Made by a program: the position numbers and the translations under genes. Under the pieces are notes generated by a model. It was not told the origin of the DNA. It ran no database searches and worked only from the letters and a program-made list of their open reading frames with translations. Source: Octopus sinensis (Eukaryota). Taken from it: a stretch of DNA of 64,000 nt. The stretch spans positions 26,970,001 through 27,034,000 of the forward strand of contig NC_043004.1 of assembly GCF_006345805.1 (NCBI RefSeq), written 5' to 3'. Below are positions 12,116 to 23,720 of the stretch, one piece after another (the stretch's first letter is position 1; the number at the start of each line of letters is the position of its first letter).

Positions 12116-15100
12116 TAGTAAGGAAAAATTTTTTTAAAAATGCAGAATGCTCAAATGAAAGAAAATTTTAATAAAATGAGAAATTGATAAAATATATAAA
12201 TATATATTTATTCAACCGGTTTTCGTCATTGTATGACTTGTCAAGAATATTTATGTTTTAAAAAAGTTTTTTTAAAAATTAGAAAGGGGAAAAAAAGAAA
12301 ATTGCATTGTTTTTTGTAAAAGAATAATGATAAAAATGTACAAAAATTAAAAAATAAGTTCTTCGATACATTGTGAGTTCGTTGTGTATCTTGAGTTTTA
12401 TGGTTGTTCAGGAAAAAATTACCTTGAGGTGTTAAGATCCAAAGGGATTAAGAGCATGTGTGGTTGTTTTAATTCAGCATGTTTGCAGGACAGGAAGTAG
12501 TAGTAATTGTGGTTCTGGTTCTTCAGTTCCTGTGTTGTGAGTAAGGGGAGACAAACTTTTGAGTTCTTCAATAAAACCCAAATTATAAAATTATCATTTT
12601 AGCTTCATTTGCGTTATCTTTTTTATATAATTGCTTGTTAACTTAACTTTCAGATTTTAACACTTTATTTATATTATTTTCTAATTATATAAATCTGCAT
12701 AGACATTGCATTTCAAATTGTCATATCATTTATAATAAAAATGATAGTAATAACAACAATAGTAAAAATGATATTTAAAGAATATAAGTTTTAGCTTGAA
12801 GTGATGAATGCATGGTATCTTATATATATTGTGTTAGTCCATCCATGAAGAGTGAGGTAGAGAAAGGAAGTTTGATCAACGAGGAGTTTGCATATTAAGT
12901 TGTGTTTGGAATTTTTCAATAAAGAGATTCTCCTTGTTAATTCTCTCCTGTGTGGTGATCCCGTCTTTACATTGGTAGAAGGGGAATATATAGAATTTGG
13001 GGTTTAAGTCTTTAGCACATGAGTCTAAGTGGTCACTCAGTGGAATTTGTGTGTGGTGTTATGTTGGGTGGTTTTCAGTGTAGTGTTGTCTAGTTCTTTG
13101 GCGCGTTTTATTCCATACTCTATAAGGGTGGAGGGATTTGACGTTGTAATAGTGTTTTTTGAGGTCTTGAAGGCGTATTTCTCGTGTTTTTGGATCCGAG
13201 ACAATGGTGCATACCCTTTTAGCTAAATTGAAAGGGATATTTGTCTTGGTGTGTTTTGGGTGGCATGAACTAAAGAGGAGGTATTGTGTGAGTCTGTAGG
13301 TTTGTGGTAGATGTCTGTTATGATTTCGTTCTTAGGTGTTTTTATAATTAGATCAAGGAATGGGAGATGATGTTGCTTAATTCCATAGTGAATTGGATGT
13401 TGGGATGTATGTTGTTTAGTATGGTTTTGAATTCCAGGAGTTTTTCATAAGGTTCTTTCCATATGATGAAACAATCATCTAAATACCTTTTCCAGTTTTC
13501 CATTAGGTAGGTGTGGAAAACATGTCCAAATTTCTGGCTTGATATTTCATAGAGTGACAGTTCGAAGTAACCCATTATGAGGTTCGCAAGGACTGGTGCA
13601 GCCTTGGTACCCATCGCAATGCCACATTTTGACGGTAGTGTGTGTCGTCGAAGAGAAAAAAATTGTTTGTCAGAATGAACTTGAGAGATTCTGTAATAAA
13701 AGACTGTTAATGCGGTCAGGGAATGTCTCTGGGTGTTTTCTAGCCAGAAGTCAATTGCCTCTATACCATACTCATGTGGAATGTTGGTGTAGAGGTTGAT
13801 GACATCAAAGGATACCAGGAGTGCCTCCTCGTTAACTGTTTTCGGGAGGGTTTGAGCATGTCCAGATCATCCCTAATGAAACTTTTGATGTGGGTAAGGA
13901 AAGGTTTCAAAAGGATGTCTAGGAAGTTACTCAGGCGGTGTGTTTCACAGGAGGTACCAGCCACGATGGGCCTTAGTTTTAGGTCCTCCGGTGCTTTGAT
14001 GTTGATGTGGATGTCAGTGGAGAGTTTGCAGGCTTCGGTGATGTATTTGTTTTATGGATTTTAGGAAGGCCAAAAAAGGCTGGGCTTGCATTTGAAAATG
14101 GTGATATAATCCCTTTCTTTTTCTGTGAGTCCCTGACCGTGTTGGCGTATGAGTGTGGTGAGGTTTCTGATTGTTTTTTGCTGTTTGTAGTTGTTAATAA
14201 CCTCATAGAAAATGTTATTGTTAAGCATGGAAAACACTAGGTGTTTATAAAATTCCGTGTCCATAAGGACCACAGCACTCCCTTTGTCCGCTTCTTTGAT
14301 GGTGAGGTTTTTATCCAGTTGTATGTCACGTAGGTTTTCCCATTCTTCCTTACTGAAATTGGATTTTACCTTGGTTTTGCTTGGGGTAAAGGGGAGACTC
14401 TGGATGTGTTTGCAGAAATCGTCCAGTGTTTTATTTCTCCCTTTTGGTGGTAGGAAGTTGCTTTTATTTCTGATCAATGAATCATCCCCATTGTTGATAT
14501 CTGTCAAAGCTTCTGTTAGGCGAAGTTTTCTGCAGAATTCAGAAACGTCATCCTTGACCTCCGGGGGGTTGGGTGTTCTGGGGTGGGGTGTGAATTTCAA
14601 ACCTCTTGCTAGGATGTTGATTTGGGTTGGTGTCACTGTTTTGCTGGAGAGGTTTATAATTTTTGTTTTCTTATTTTGGGTCTGTGTTAGCGGTGTGTTT
14701 GTATTTTTCCCCTCTGTCTAAAAAATGGTTGTTGTGAGGTAAGGGGTGTATTCTTTGTTAAAGTTCTGGTTGTATGTGTAGGAGTGTTTTTGGGTGGGGA
14801 GGTTGGAGGGGGGTAGGTAGTTGTCGTATTTGTGTTGGTATGGGATGCGATGGTGTAAGGATTTGTGAGAAATGCGATGGGTTTTGGGGTGTGTCTGGTA
14901 GATTGTATGGGGGATGTAGGGGGGTATGTAGTTGTGGTGATTGGGTTCGTGTGGGATGTGAGGGTTGGAGATCTGTAGGAGATGTGGTAGGAATGTGGTT
15001 GTTGGATGGTGGACTATAGGGTTCGTTGGGTGGGTATTATATGTCGGTGTGGGTAGGATGCCTTGTTTGTTATTAGTGTGAGGGAGGGGAGCCTTGAGGG

Positions 15101-15550
15101 GGGGATAATTTCTAGTGTATGGGAGGTTCTTGAAGGTTCTAATCGGTGGGGGAGGGGTGTTAGAGTGATTGGAAAACCAGGTTTTGTGGTGGGTCTTGTT
15201 TGAGATGTTTCGGGGGGAAAAGGTTTTTTATATGGTTGGGGGAGGTTGTGTCCTGTTAGGAGGGGGTTTGGAGAGTATGTGTATTTGAGGTGCGGTTTGG
15301 AATGGTGTTTATGGGGTGCAGTGGAAGTCTGTGTTGTGGGTACTTTTATGAATGGGTTTTTGGATTTATGGTTTAATATGAATTGTGTTTCATAGTTGAG
15401 GAAGAAATCTTTGTTGTTTTCCCAGCATTTAAGGGAGGTTCGTTCTTCCTTTTCACATTCATCTTTCCATAGTTTAATAACAAGTTCGAGGGGCTGTTCG
15501 TTGGTGTGTGAGGTTAGTTCTAGAAGTATCTCATTCTAGAAGTATCTCAT
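12116..15550 (-). mobile_element. Penelope-like retroelement, 5'-truncated, frameshifted, internally deleted
   Basis: ILARGLKFTP (14061-14636), GTKAAPVLANLIMGYFE...WKRYLDDCFIIW RT core (13348-13614), TDIYHKPTD..YLLFSSCHP, and endonuclease C-terminus PLSDHLDSCAK...FYIFPFY...ENLFIEKFQTQLN (about 13045-12895). Confidence 0.92.
12210..12248 (-). ncRNA. degenerate hammerhead motif in the Penelope 3' region
   Basis: AUUC UUGACAA GUCA UACAA UGAC GAAA A CCGG UU GAAU: stems I and II intact, core decayed from CUGACGA, palindromic ACCGGU. Confidence 0.65.
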
Positions 15551-16003
15551 AAGCATTTTTAGAGAGTTACTTCCCTTATAAATTCGGGCTTTCTTAGCCA
15601 TTTTTGTTTTGGTGTCTTCAAGCCATGAAGTCGTTCTAAAAGAACGCTGGTTTCCTTCACAACGCATTACGACGTTGATTTCTTTACACTCCCTTCCCCA
15701 CAGCTTCATGAGGGAGGGAAGGGGGAGAAGCAAACAGGTGCAGCTGTGAGCGTGGACGCCAACTCCGCCGCCATTGACATACGATGCATTTTATGCATTA
15801 AAATGGAATAAAAAATTATGTTAAATTATTTTTAAAATCATAGACTCATCGTTGACGCGCGCTAATAGTCAGACAGGCTCGATATGAATTACGACTATAA
15901 GATACCCGAATTTGGTTAAACTGCACCGCAAAATGTGGGAGGAGTTAGGAATCTAAATCGAAGGGGACAGACACTCACACAACTAGAGTTTTATATATAT
16001 AGA
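15550..16003 (-). mobile_element. non-autonomous Helitron, 3'-truncated copy of the 19520-20000 family
   Basis: Starts A|TCTATATATATAAAACT and aligns with 19520-20000 up to AAAAATGCTTAT, then joins Penelope sequence. Confidence 0.85.
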
Positions 16004-16070
16004 TATATCGTTTGTAGAAAAGATAAATCTGGAGAAGAGACACAGTCTAAGATGTAGAGCAGTATATATG

Positions 16071-16198
16071 TTTTACTAGGGAAGGTCGGTTTATGGGATT
16101 ACCTTGGGTTTCCTGTCCATAAAGTTAAATACACCATAAAGTTAAACCCTTTATGGACGGGGAACCCAGGGTAATCCCTTAAACCAGCCTTCCTCAGT

Positions 16199-16202
<4 letters not shown>
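16071..16202. mobile_element. hairpin MITE-like element
   Basis: Imperfect inverted arms of about 55 bp (TTTTACT.G.GAAGG...TCCATAAAG), next to (TA)n. Confidence 0.7.
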
Positions 16203-16245
<43 letters not shown>

Positions 16246-16616
16246 AATAAATTAGACATTCATTTGACAATCCTGTTTTGTTATATAACTCTGTAAGCAA
16301 TATTTCGAGAATTTTCAACTCTAATACATACCTTACATCAATACAACAACGATGTCAACTATATATTGGATTGCAATATTGGACTAAACATCTGTGCTTC
16401 AAAAGGATACAGCCTGGATTTTTTCCCTACTAACACAATATGTGTGTGCACGCAGGTGTGTGTGTGTGCTCCTTCATCTGCTAAGATGGATATATCCAAC
16501 ATGTAAAACTTGAAGTCATGCAAAACTGAATCAAATTGCAATTACATATACACATAACTTCTAACAACTGTGATGATTGCTACGTTTTTTTTTGTTTGTT
16601 CATTCAATTCATACAC

Positions 16617-17497
16617 ACGTATGTATGTATTTATGTATGTATGTATGTATGTATGTATGTATGTATGAATGTATCTATGTATGTAATATGTATGTATGTA
16701 TGTATGCATGTATGTATGTATCTATGTATGTATTATGTATGTATGTATGTATGTATGTATTTATGTATGTATGTATGTATGTATGTATGAATGTATGCAT
16801 GTATGTATGTATTATGTATGAATGTATGCATGTATGTATGTATTATGTATGTATGCATGCATGTATGTATCTATGTATGTATGTATGTATTATGTATGTA
16901 TGCATGTATGTATTATGTATGTATGAATGTATGTATGTATTTATGTATGTATGTATATATGTATGAATGTATGTATGTATGTATGCATATATGTATGTAT
17001 GTATGCATGTATGAATGTATGTATGTATGTATGAATGAATGTATGTATGTATGTATGAATGTATGTATGTATGCATGTATTTATGTATGTATGTATTTAT
17101 GTATGAATATATGAATGTATTCATGTATGTATGTATGTATGTATGTATGTATGTATGTATGTATGAATGTATGTATGTATGTAATATGTATGTGTGTATG
17201 TATGCATGTATGTATGTATCTATGTATGTATTATGTATGTATGTATTTATGTATGTATGTATGTATGTATGAATGTATGCATGTATGTATGTATTATGTA
17301 TGAATGTATGCATGTATGTATGTATTATGTATGTATGCATGCATGTATGTATCTATGTATGTATGTATGTATATTATGTATGTATGCATGTATGTATTAT
17401 GTATGTATGAATGTATGTATGTATTTATGTATGTATGTATATATGTATGAATGTATGTATGTATGTATGCATATATGTATGTATGCATGTATGAATG
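16617..17497. repeat. (TATG)n array with an internal higher-order duplication
   Basis: Rare variants recur about 490-500 bp apart (GTAATATG at 16683 and 17181). Confidence 0.9.
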
Positions 17498-17719
17498 TAG
17501 GTCATATTCTTATTCAGTAGCATGAATATACCTACAACTGGGAATTGGGTATAACATCTGAGGCACCAAATAAAATTTAAAAAAAAATTTGTTCCCCAGT
17601 GTTATTTATAAACAAAATCATTAAAAATCAATTGAGGTATATAAGACAGAACTCATTATAAAACAGTATTAAAAAATCCATCCATCCATCCATCCATACA
17701 TACATACATACTGTTTTAG

Positions 17720-18620
17720 CTCTCAGCAATGATAACAAACAGAGCAGCTTCTCACTTGCTGTTTCAAAATGCACCATAAAATGTTCAATTATATTAAGAT
17801 CTGGTAAATGGGGTAGGGGTGGCAATCCAAGTGGTTTACTTTCCTTTTTAGCTCTTCATACCAATTTTGAAAAAACATTAGCCATGTGGATTTGTGCATT
17901 ATTTTCCTGAAAGACTGTGCCAAGAGTGGCTGTGTGGTAAGTAGCTTGCTTACCAACCACATGGTTCCGGGTTCATTCCCACTGTGTGGCACCTTGGGCA
18001 AGTGTCTTCTGCTATAGCCTTGGGCTGACCAAAGCCTTGTGAGTGGATTTGGTAGATGGAAACTGAAAGAAGCCCGTCATATATATGTATGTTTATATGT
18101 TTGTGTGTCTGTGTTTGTCCCCCCAACATCGTTTGACAACCGATGCTGGTGTGTCTACATTACTGTAACTTAGCAGTTTGGCAAAACAGACCGATAGAAT
18201 AAGCACTAGGCTTACAAAGAATAAGTCCTGGGGTTGATCTGTTCGACTAAAGGCGGTGCTCCAGCATGGCCACAGTCAAATGACTGAAACAAGTAAAAGA
18301 GTTAAAAAAGAGTACTGTCAGGGAACAATGTTTGTTCCATAAGATGAACCTGATCAACCAAAACATTCAAATAAACTAATCGTTGGCATTAACTCTGCCA
18401 TATAGAGCAACTAATATCTCTGCCCAAATCATAACAGAGCTGCCTCCATGCTTCACAGTAGGAGCTAAACAATTAGTATTAATGGCTTCTTTGGGATGTT
18501 TCCAGACAAAAACTCATCTTGAAGTGGGAAAGAGGGCATATGATGAATGAATTCACAGACCAGATAAAATCATTTCATTGAGCCATTGACCACTTCTGAT
18601 AGTCTAGATAACATTTTTAC
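17720..18620 (-). pseudogene. Tc1-type DDE transposase remnant interrupted by a SINE
   Basis: FVWKHPKEA...LAPTVKHGGSSVMIW (18.4-18.55 kb) and PHLPDLNIIEH (about 17.8 kb). Confidence 0.75.
17922..18312 (+). mobile_element. tRNA-derived SINE (family also at 21870-22170 + and 47500-47700 -)
   Basis: TGGCTGTGTGGTAAG...GGTTCATTCCC head, central (GT)n, and 3' GGTGCTCCAGCATGGCCACAGTC shared between copies. Confidence 0.85.
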
Positions 18621-18639
18621 TGTAATTTGTCCCAGTATG

Positions 18640-19420
18640 AAGAACACTATAACTCACAGGACTCACCAAGAGCCCATATTGAGTTGCAACAGTTGACAAG
18701 GCATGTATGATAAACTCTGTCGTCTATGAGGCAGAAGTCACAGCAACACTTCAAGATAACATAACCAAAAAGAAAACTGACATTGGTTTATACAAAGGCA
18801 ATTTTCAAAGATGTTACGCAAACCACCAGTCTTTTTTCCAGGACACTGACAACAATAAAGCCGCTAAGTTGGCTAGTCTCATATGGGATTTGAAGACCTA
18901 CGTCTGCACACAACATACAATCAAGTAGAGAAATGTGGAAAAATCTATGCCATATGTAAATGGTTCTAAGAGATGCAACTTATGTGTAGCTAAAAGATTG
19001 CCCATTCTTTTTAGATCCAAGAATTCCACCACACTACTGAAATTTTTAGCAAATGCAAGCATACAGACAAATTTCATTTGTTAAACTGGAGGACAACACC
19101 CTCTCTAGATCGAGCAGCTGTCTTGCAAACTTTGCACTCCTCTCCATTGAATTATTCTACACCAGTTTGTTTAATTATGATTTTTACAGTCAAATGGATG
19201 TAATACTAATTTTTCCTCTTTCTTACTTTTTTTTTGTTTTTGTTCGCCCTTTGTCTTCTCATTTCATTTTTGCATCAAGCTTCCTCTCGATTTTTCTTTT
19301 CTCATGGTTTCTCATGTACCAGCATCATGATTTTCATATAAAATAAACTGTGTGTCCAGAATCTGAAGATTGCCTAACTAAAATCTGCCAAACCATGTCT
19401 CAATGGTAAGAATCTATTAG
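18640..19420 (+). mobile_element. Penelope-like GIY-YIG endonuclease fragment plus 3' region (different lineage from the 12-15.5 kb element)
   Basis: NSVVYEAEVT...DIGLYKGNFQRCYANH...KLASLIWDLK, then YVNGSKRCNLC...EIFSKCKHTDKFHL. Confidence 0.8.
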
Positions 19421-19519
19421 AAGCTTTTATCTTAATACAGTGTACATTATATATGTATGTGTGTGTGTGTGTGTGTATGTGTATACACATGCATATACGT
19501 ATATACATACACGCACACA

Positions 19520-20000
19520 TCTATATATATAAAACTGTAGTTGTGTGAGTGTCTGTCCCCTTCGGTGCAGTTCAACCAAATTCGGGTATCTTATAGTCGT
19601 GATTCATATCGAGCCCGTCTGAGTATTTGCGCGCGTCTACAATGAGTCTACGATTTTTAAAATAATTTAACATAATTTTTTATTCCATTTTAATGCATAA
19701 TTTTTCGTGTGTCGATGGCAGTGGAGTTGGCGTCCATGGTCACACCTGCACCTGTTTGCTTCTACCCCTTCTTCCCTCCCTCGTGAAGCTGTGGGGAAGG
19801 GAGTGTAAGGAAATCAATGTCGTAAAGCGTTGTCAAGGAGATCAGCGTTCTTTTAGAACAACGACTTCATGGCTTGAAGACACCAAAACAGAAATGGCTA
19901 AGAAAGCCCGAATTGGCATCTATAAGGGAAGTAACTCTCTAAAAATGCTTATATAGTTATTTCCCTTACAAACCCAAGCAACGCCGGGCGATACTGCTAG
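19520..20000 (+). mobile_element. complete non-autonomous Helitron (481 bp)
   Basis: 5' TC, 3' CCCAAGCAACGCCGGGCGATACTG-CTAG, inserted between A and T, no TSD. Confidence 0.88.
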
Positions 20001-20719
20001 TATTAAATAAAACAAGTTTTTATTTTTAAACCTAGAAGGTTAATATTTCTGTTATATATCTACATATATGAAGATATAGATACAAAATGATGTTTGCGTA
20101 TAACAAATATTTTCATGTAAAAGTTTTACAGTAAAAATATTAATGTGTTTTCACAAGGTGAGTTTTGTGCAGGGAAAGAGAATCATATTTTACAGACAAA
20201 TTTTTGAATAAAAACATTACATAAAACATATTCAACTGAATAAATGTTAATGTATATTTTAAGCAAAGACATTTTGTACAGGGGAAATAACATAACATTT
20301 CATAAACCAGTTTTGAAGTCATTAGATTTCAAAGTTTAAAGTATGTTCTCCATTGCCTTTTTAGCTCACATGTGGGGTTAAATTTATATAGCCATGTTGC
20401 CTGTGCCTTTTTGAAGGGAAGGAAGCTAACTGTTACTTTTTATGTCTTATGTTACTTATGCTCTTTTGCTAAGGGCATATGTTGGTTAATATTTTCAGAA
20501 AGTAATATTTTTAATTTTACAGAAAATTGATTCTTTTTAGAGACAGAAGTATGTTTAATTTATATATTTGTTTTGCAAGATTTTTGATGTGAAATCGTGT
20601 GTTGAAACAGATATTGTTGTATTTAGGAATGGTCATTTTGCCAGTCTAGCCAATAAAAACACATGCACTATATATTTGGTGTTACTTTATTTTTTACATT
20701 AATCTTAATCTTATTTCAG

Positions 20720-20759
20720 CCAGAGTTCTTTCATCACACTCCTGTGACCTCATCAGTGG
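20720..20759 (-). ncRNA. minimal hammerhead-like motif with intact catalytic core
   Basis: CCA CUGAUGA G GUCACA GGAG UGUGAU GAAA GAAC UC UGG: all core residues present, CUC triplet, stem I only 3 bp. Confidence 0.65.
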
Positions 20760-20851
20760 TCCTTTGCTTTCTTCTTTCTTATTTGTATGTCTCTCCTTAC
20801 TAATGGTCAGCCATTTTGTATTTTGTATTTCTTTTGTATGTGTCTTTATTT

Positions 20852-20995
20852 GTGCATGCATATACCTCTATGTGTGACAATGTTTAGTTAGTGATGTGTG
20901 TGGGGGGAGTGCCTGTAATATTTGTATCTCCTGTTTATATAGGTTCGTGTAATTTTTTTTGCTTATTTTGATTTCGTTCATGTGTTTACACCTAC

Positions 20996-21038
<43 letters not shown>

Positions 21039-21215
21039 CATCATTATTATTATTATGTATATATGTATGTAAGTATAATAATAATAATAGTAATAATAAT
21101 AAAAAAATGTATATTGTTATTTACTTCCATTTTTTTTTATTATTATACATACATAATAATAATAATGATAATAATGATAATAATAATAATAATACTAATA
21201 ATGATGATGATGATG

Positions 21216-21257
<42 letters not shown>

Positions 21258-21293
21258 GTAATAATAATAATAATGATGATGATGATGATGATG

Positions 21294-21329
<36 letters not shown>

Positions 21330-21353
21330 GTAATAATAATAATAATATTGATG

Positions 21354-21408
<55 letters not shown>

Positions 21409-21531
21409 GTAGGTGTAAACACATGAACAAAATAAAACGTATATAAACAGGAGATACAAATATTACAGGCACTTCCCCCCACACACATACTAACTAAACA
21501 TAGACACACATAGAGATATACGCTTGCGCAC
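20852..21531. repeat. foldback: unique-sequence inverted arms enclosing (TTA)n and (AAT/GAT)n microsatellites
   Basis: GTGCCTGTAATATTTGTATCTCCTGTTTATATA...CATGTGTTTACACCTACTTATT on the left is reverse-complemented at 21405-21531. Confidence 0.9.
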
Positions 21532-21800
21532 TGCATATCTCTTCCGTCTTCACTCCAGGGAGTATCGTCTTAGCTGTTTCAGCGTTTCCCAGTAGCTGAG
21601 CTGTTGCAACAAGATGATCTTAGTGATGCTTCACTGGATTACTTCAAGATCCACTGTTAATTTTACACTATGTGGTGACCATAGCTGGGAGCAGTAGTCT
21701 AGGCGGCTAAGGAGAAAATGTTCTCCAGAGGATAATCATAGCTTCCTTCTCTCTGATTCTGAAGGTTTTTCAGGATCCGGCCATCTGCACTTTGCCACCA
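21532..21800 (-). mobile_element. CR1/L2-type LINE ORF2 C-terminal fragment
   Basis: SRLDYCSQLWSPH...LEVIQ...LSYWETLKQL..YSLE.RRKRY motif. Confidence 0.8.
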
Positions 21801-21869
21801 TCTTGGTAATGTGATTTAGGGATTGGGATTGTAATCCCCTGTGGGCCAGTGTATCCTGGCCTTAGGCCC

Positions 21870-22170
21870 ACCAAAGCCTGTGAGTGGATTTTGTACATGG
21901 AAACTGAAAGAAGACTGTCATATATATGTGTGTATTTGTGTGAGTGTGTGTGTGTGTGTGAGTGTGTATGTCTGTATTTGTACCTCCACCATCGCTTGAC
22001 AAACAATGTTGCTGTGTTTACATCCCCGTAATTTAGGTGTTTGGCAAACAACACTGATAGAATAAGTACTAGGCTTACAAAGAATAAATCCTGGGGTCGA
22101 TTTCTTCAACTAAAGGTGGTGCTCCAGCATGGCTACAGTCACAGTACTGAAACAAGTAAAACAATAAAAG
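21870..22170 (+). mobile_element. 5'-truncated SINE (17922 family)
   Basis: Aligns with 18030-18300. Confidence 0.8.
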
Positions 22171-22213
22171 TCTATGCCATTTTAATCCCGAGCAATGCTG
22201 GGTATCTCTTCTA

Positions 22214-22214
<1 letters not shown>
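22171..22214 (+). mobile_element. solo Helitron 3' terminus
   Basis: CTATGCCATTTTAATCCCGAGCAATGCTGGGTATCTCTT-CTAG-T matches 58277-58320. Confidence 0.7.
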
Positions 22215-22258
<44 letters not shown>

Positions 22259-22410
22259 CACATACATACATAGTTTAGAGATTAGAGACAGGTATTCTCT
22301 GTATACAATACACTTCAGCAGGTAGAGGAGTGAAGAAGTTGTGCAAGTTGATATACGAAAAATATTAAATACATTTAATGCCAAAAATATACATATAAAA
22401 AAAGTCCAAT

Positions 22411-22556
22411 TTATACAGAATGGAAATGATATCAGGAATTAAGGGGGTTGAGTAAGTGTTTTACTTGTCCAACAGCCGTTTATGGGAGCTTGGTGGTACT
22501 TGTTGAACATAAAAGCACTTATTCAACCCCCTTGATATCATTTCTATTCTGTATAA
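22411..22556. mobile_element. hairpin MITE-like element
   Basis: Inverted arms TTATACAGAAT.GAAATGATATC...AAGGGGGTTGA.TAAGTG. Confidence 0.7.
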
Positions 22557-22965
22557 GTCAGACTCAATCAGATATGCGTGTGGGTATGTGTGCATTATTG
22601 TTATTTTATTAATATTGTTATTGGTGCTGTGGATGTTGATGTCATCAGTATCATTATTGTTTTAGTATCCCCTATTATTTCATAAAATTATTTTAATTCT
22701 TTTAAACTTTAGTTTGCTTTAGTGCTAAATTTAGAAATTTTAGTTCAATTTTAGTTCAAACTTTAGTTCAAATTTTAATCCATAACCCATTTAATGGTTT
22801 AAATTTTGAAACTCATGTAATGAGGTTAATTTCAACAACTCAACTTGATTTTATCTTATTTCAACCTCACATCACTCAGTATTTTATATCCTAGCTCACT
22901 GGTTCTCAACCCTTTTATTTAAATGAGTTTCCCAAGGACTTCATTTAATATGCTTATCCTTATGG

Positions 22966-23006
<41 letters not shown>

Positions 23007-23023
23007 CATACAAACACACACAC

Positions 23024-23054
<31 letters not shown>

Positions 23055-23308
23055 AAGGGGTTTGTATGATTGTGTATAGAAGGATATATATTATTCAAAG
23101 AAATTCCAACTCTGTTTTTTATGTTTTATTTATATTCTTTATAATATTTTAAGTATTGATTGTCTTATTGAATAGATGAAATGTTGAATATAAAATATAC
23201 TTCATTTCATTTTACTGTATATATATTATTTATACTATATATTCTATATTCTACATTAATATTATAAAGAATATAAATAAAACACAACCACTCCTGCACC
23301 TGTATATA

Positions 23309-23361
<53 letters not shown>

Positions 23362-23720
23362 GTGTGTGTATGTATGTATATATATATGTATATATGTATA
23401 TATATGTGTGTGTATGAATGTATATATATATATATATATATGTCCAACCCATGCTAGCATGGAAAGCAGATGTTAAACGATGATGATGATATATATACAC
23501 ACACATACACACACGTTCAGACACACATATATATATATCTATACATACATATACTTACATGTATGTACACACAGACACACACATAAACAAAAGTTCACCA
23601 AGCTCATGTCAGCATGGAATATGGACATTAAATGAAAATGAAAATATAACGGTGTTTGACATCTACACCGATTTTAGTGAATTATCACAATAAAATCTTT
23701 CAACTGACATAATATTATAC

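Noticed and set aside
14700-15400. G-rich tract as a regulatory G-quadruplex island
   Set aside because: It is the antisense of the Pro/Thr/His-rich N-terminal part of the Penelope ORF.
16536-17520. Multiple MYVC/HTYI ORFs (also 24277-24714)
   Set aside because: Tetranucleotide microsatellite translations.
20982-21536. Poly-Ile/Asn/Tyr/Leu ORFs
   Set aside because: (AAT)n translations with no splice support.
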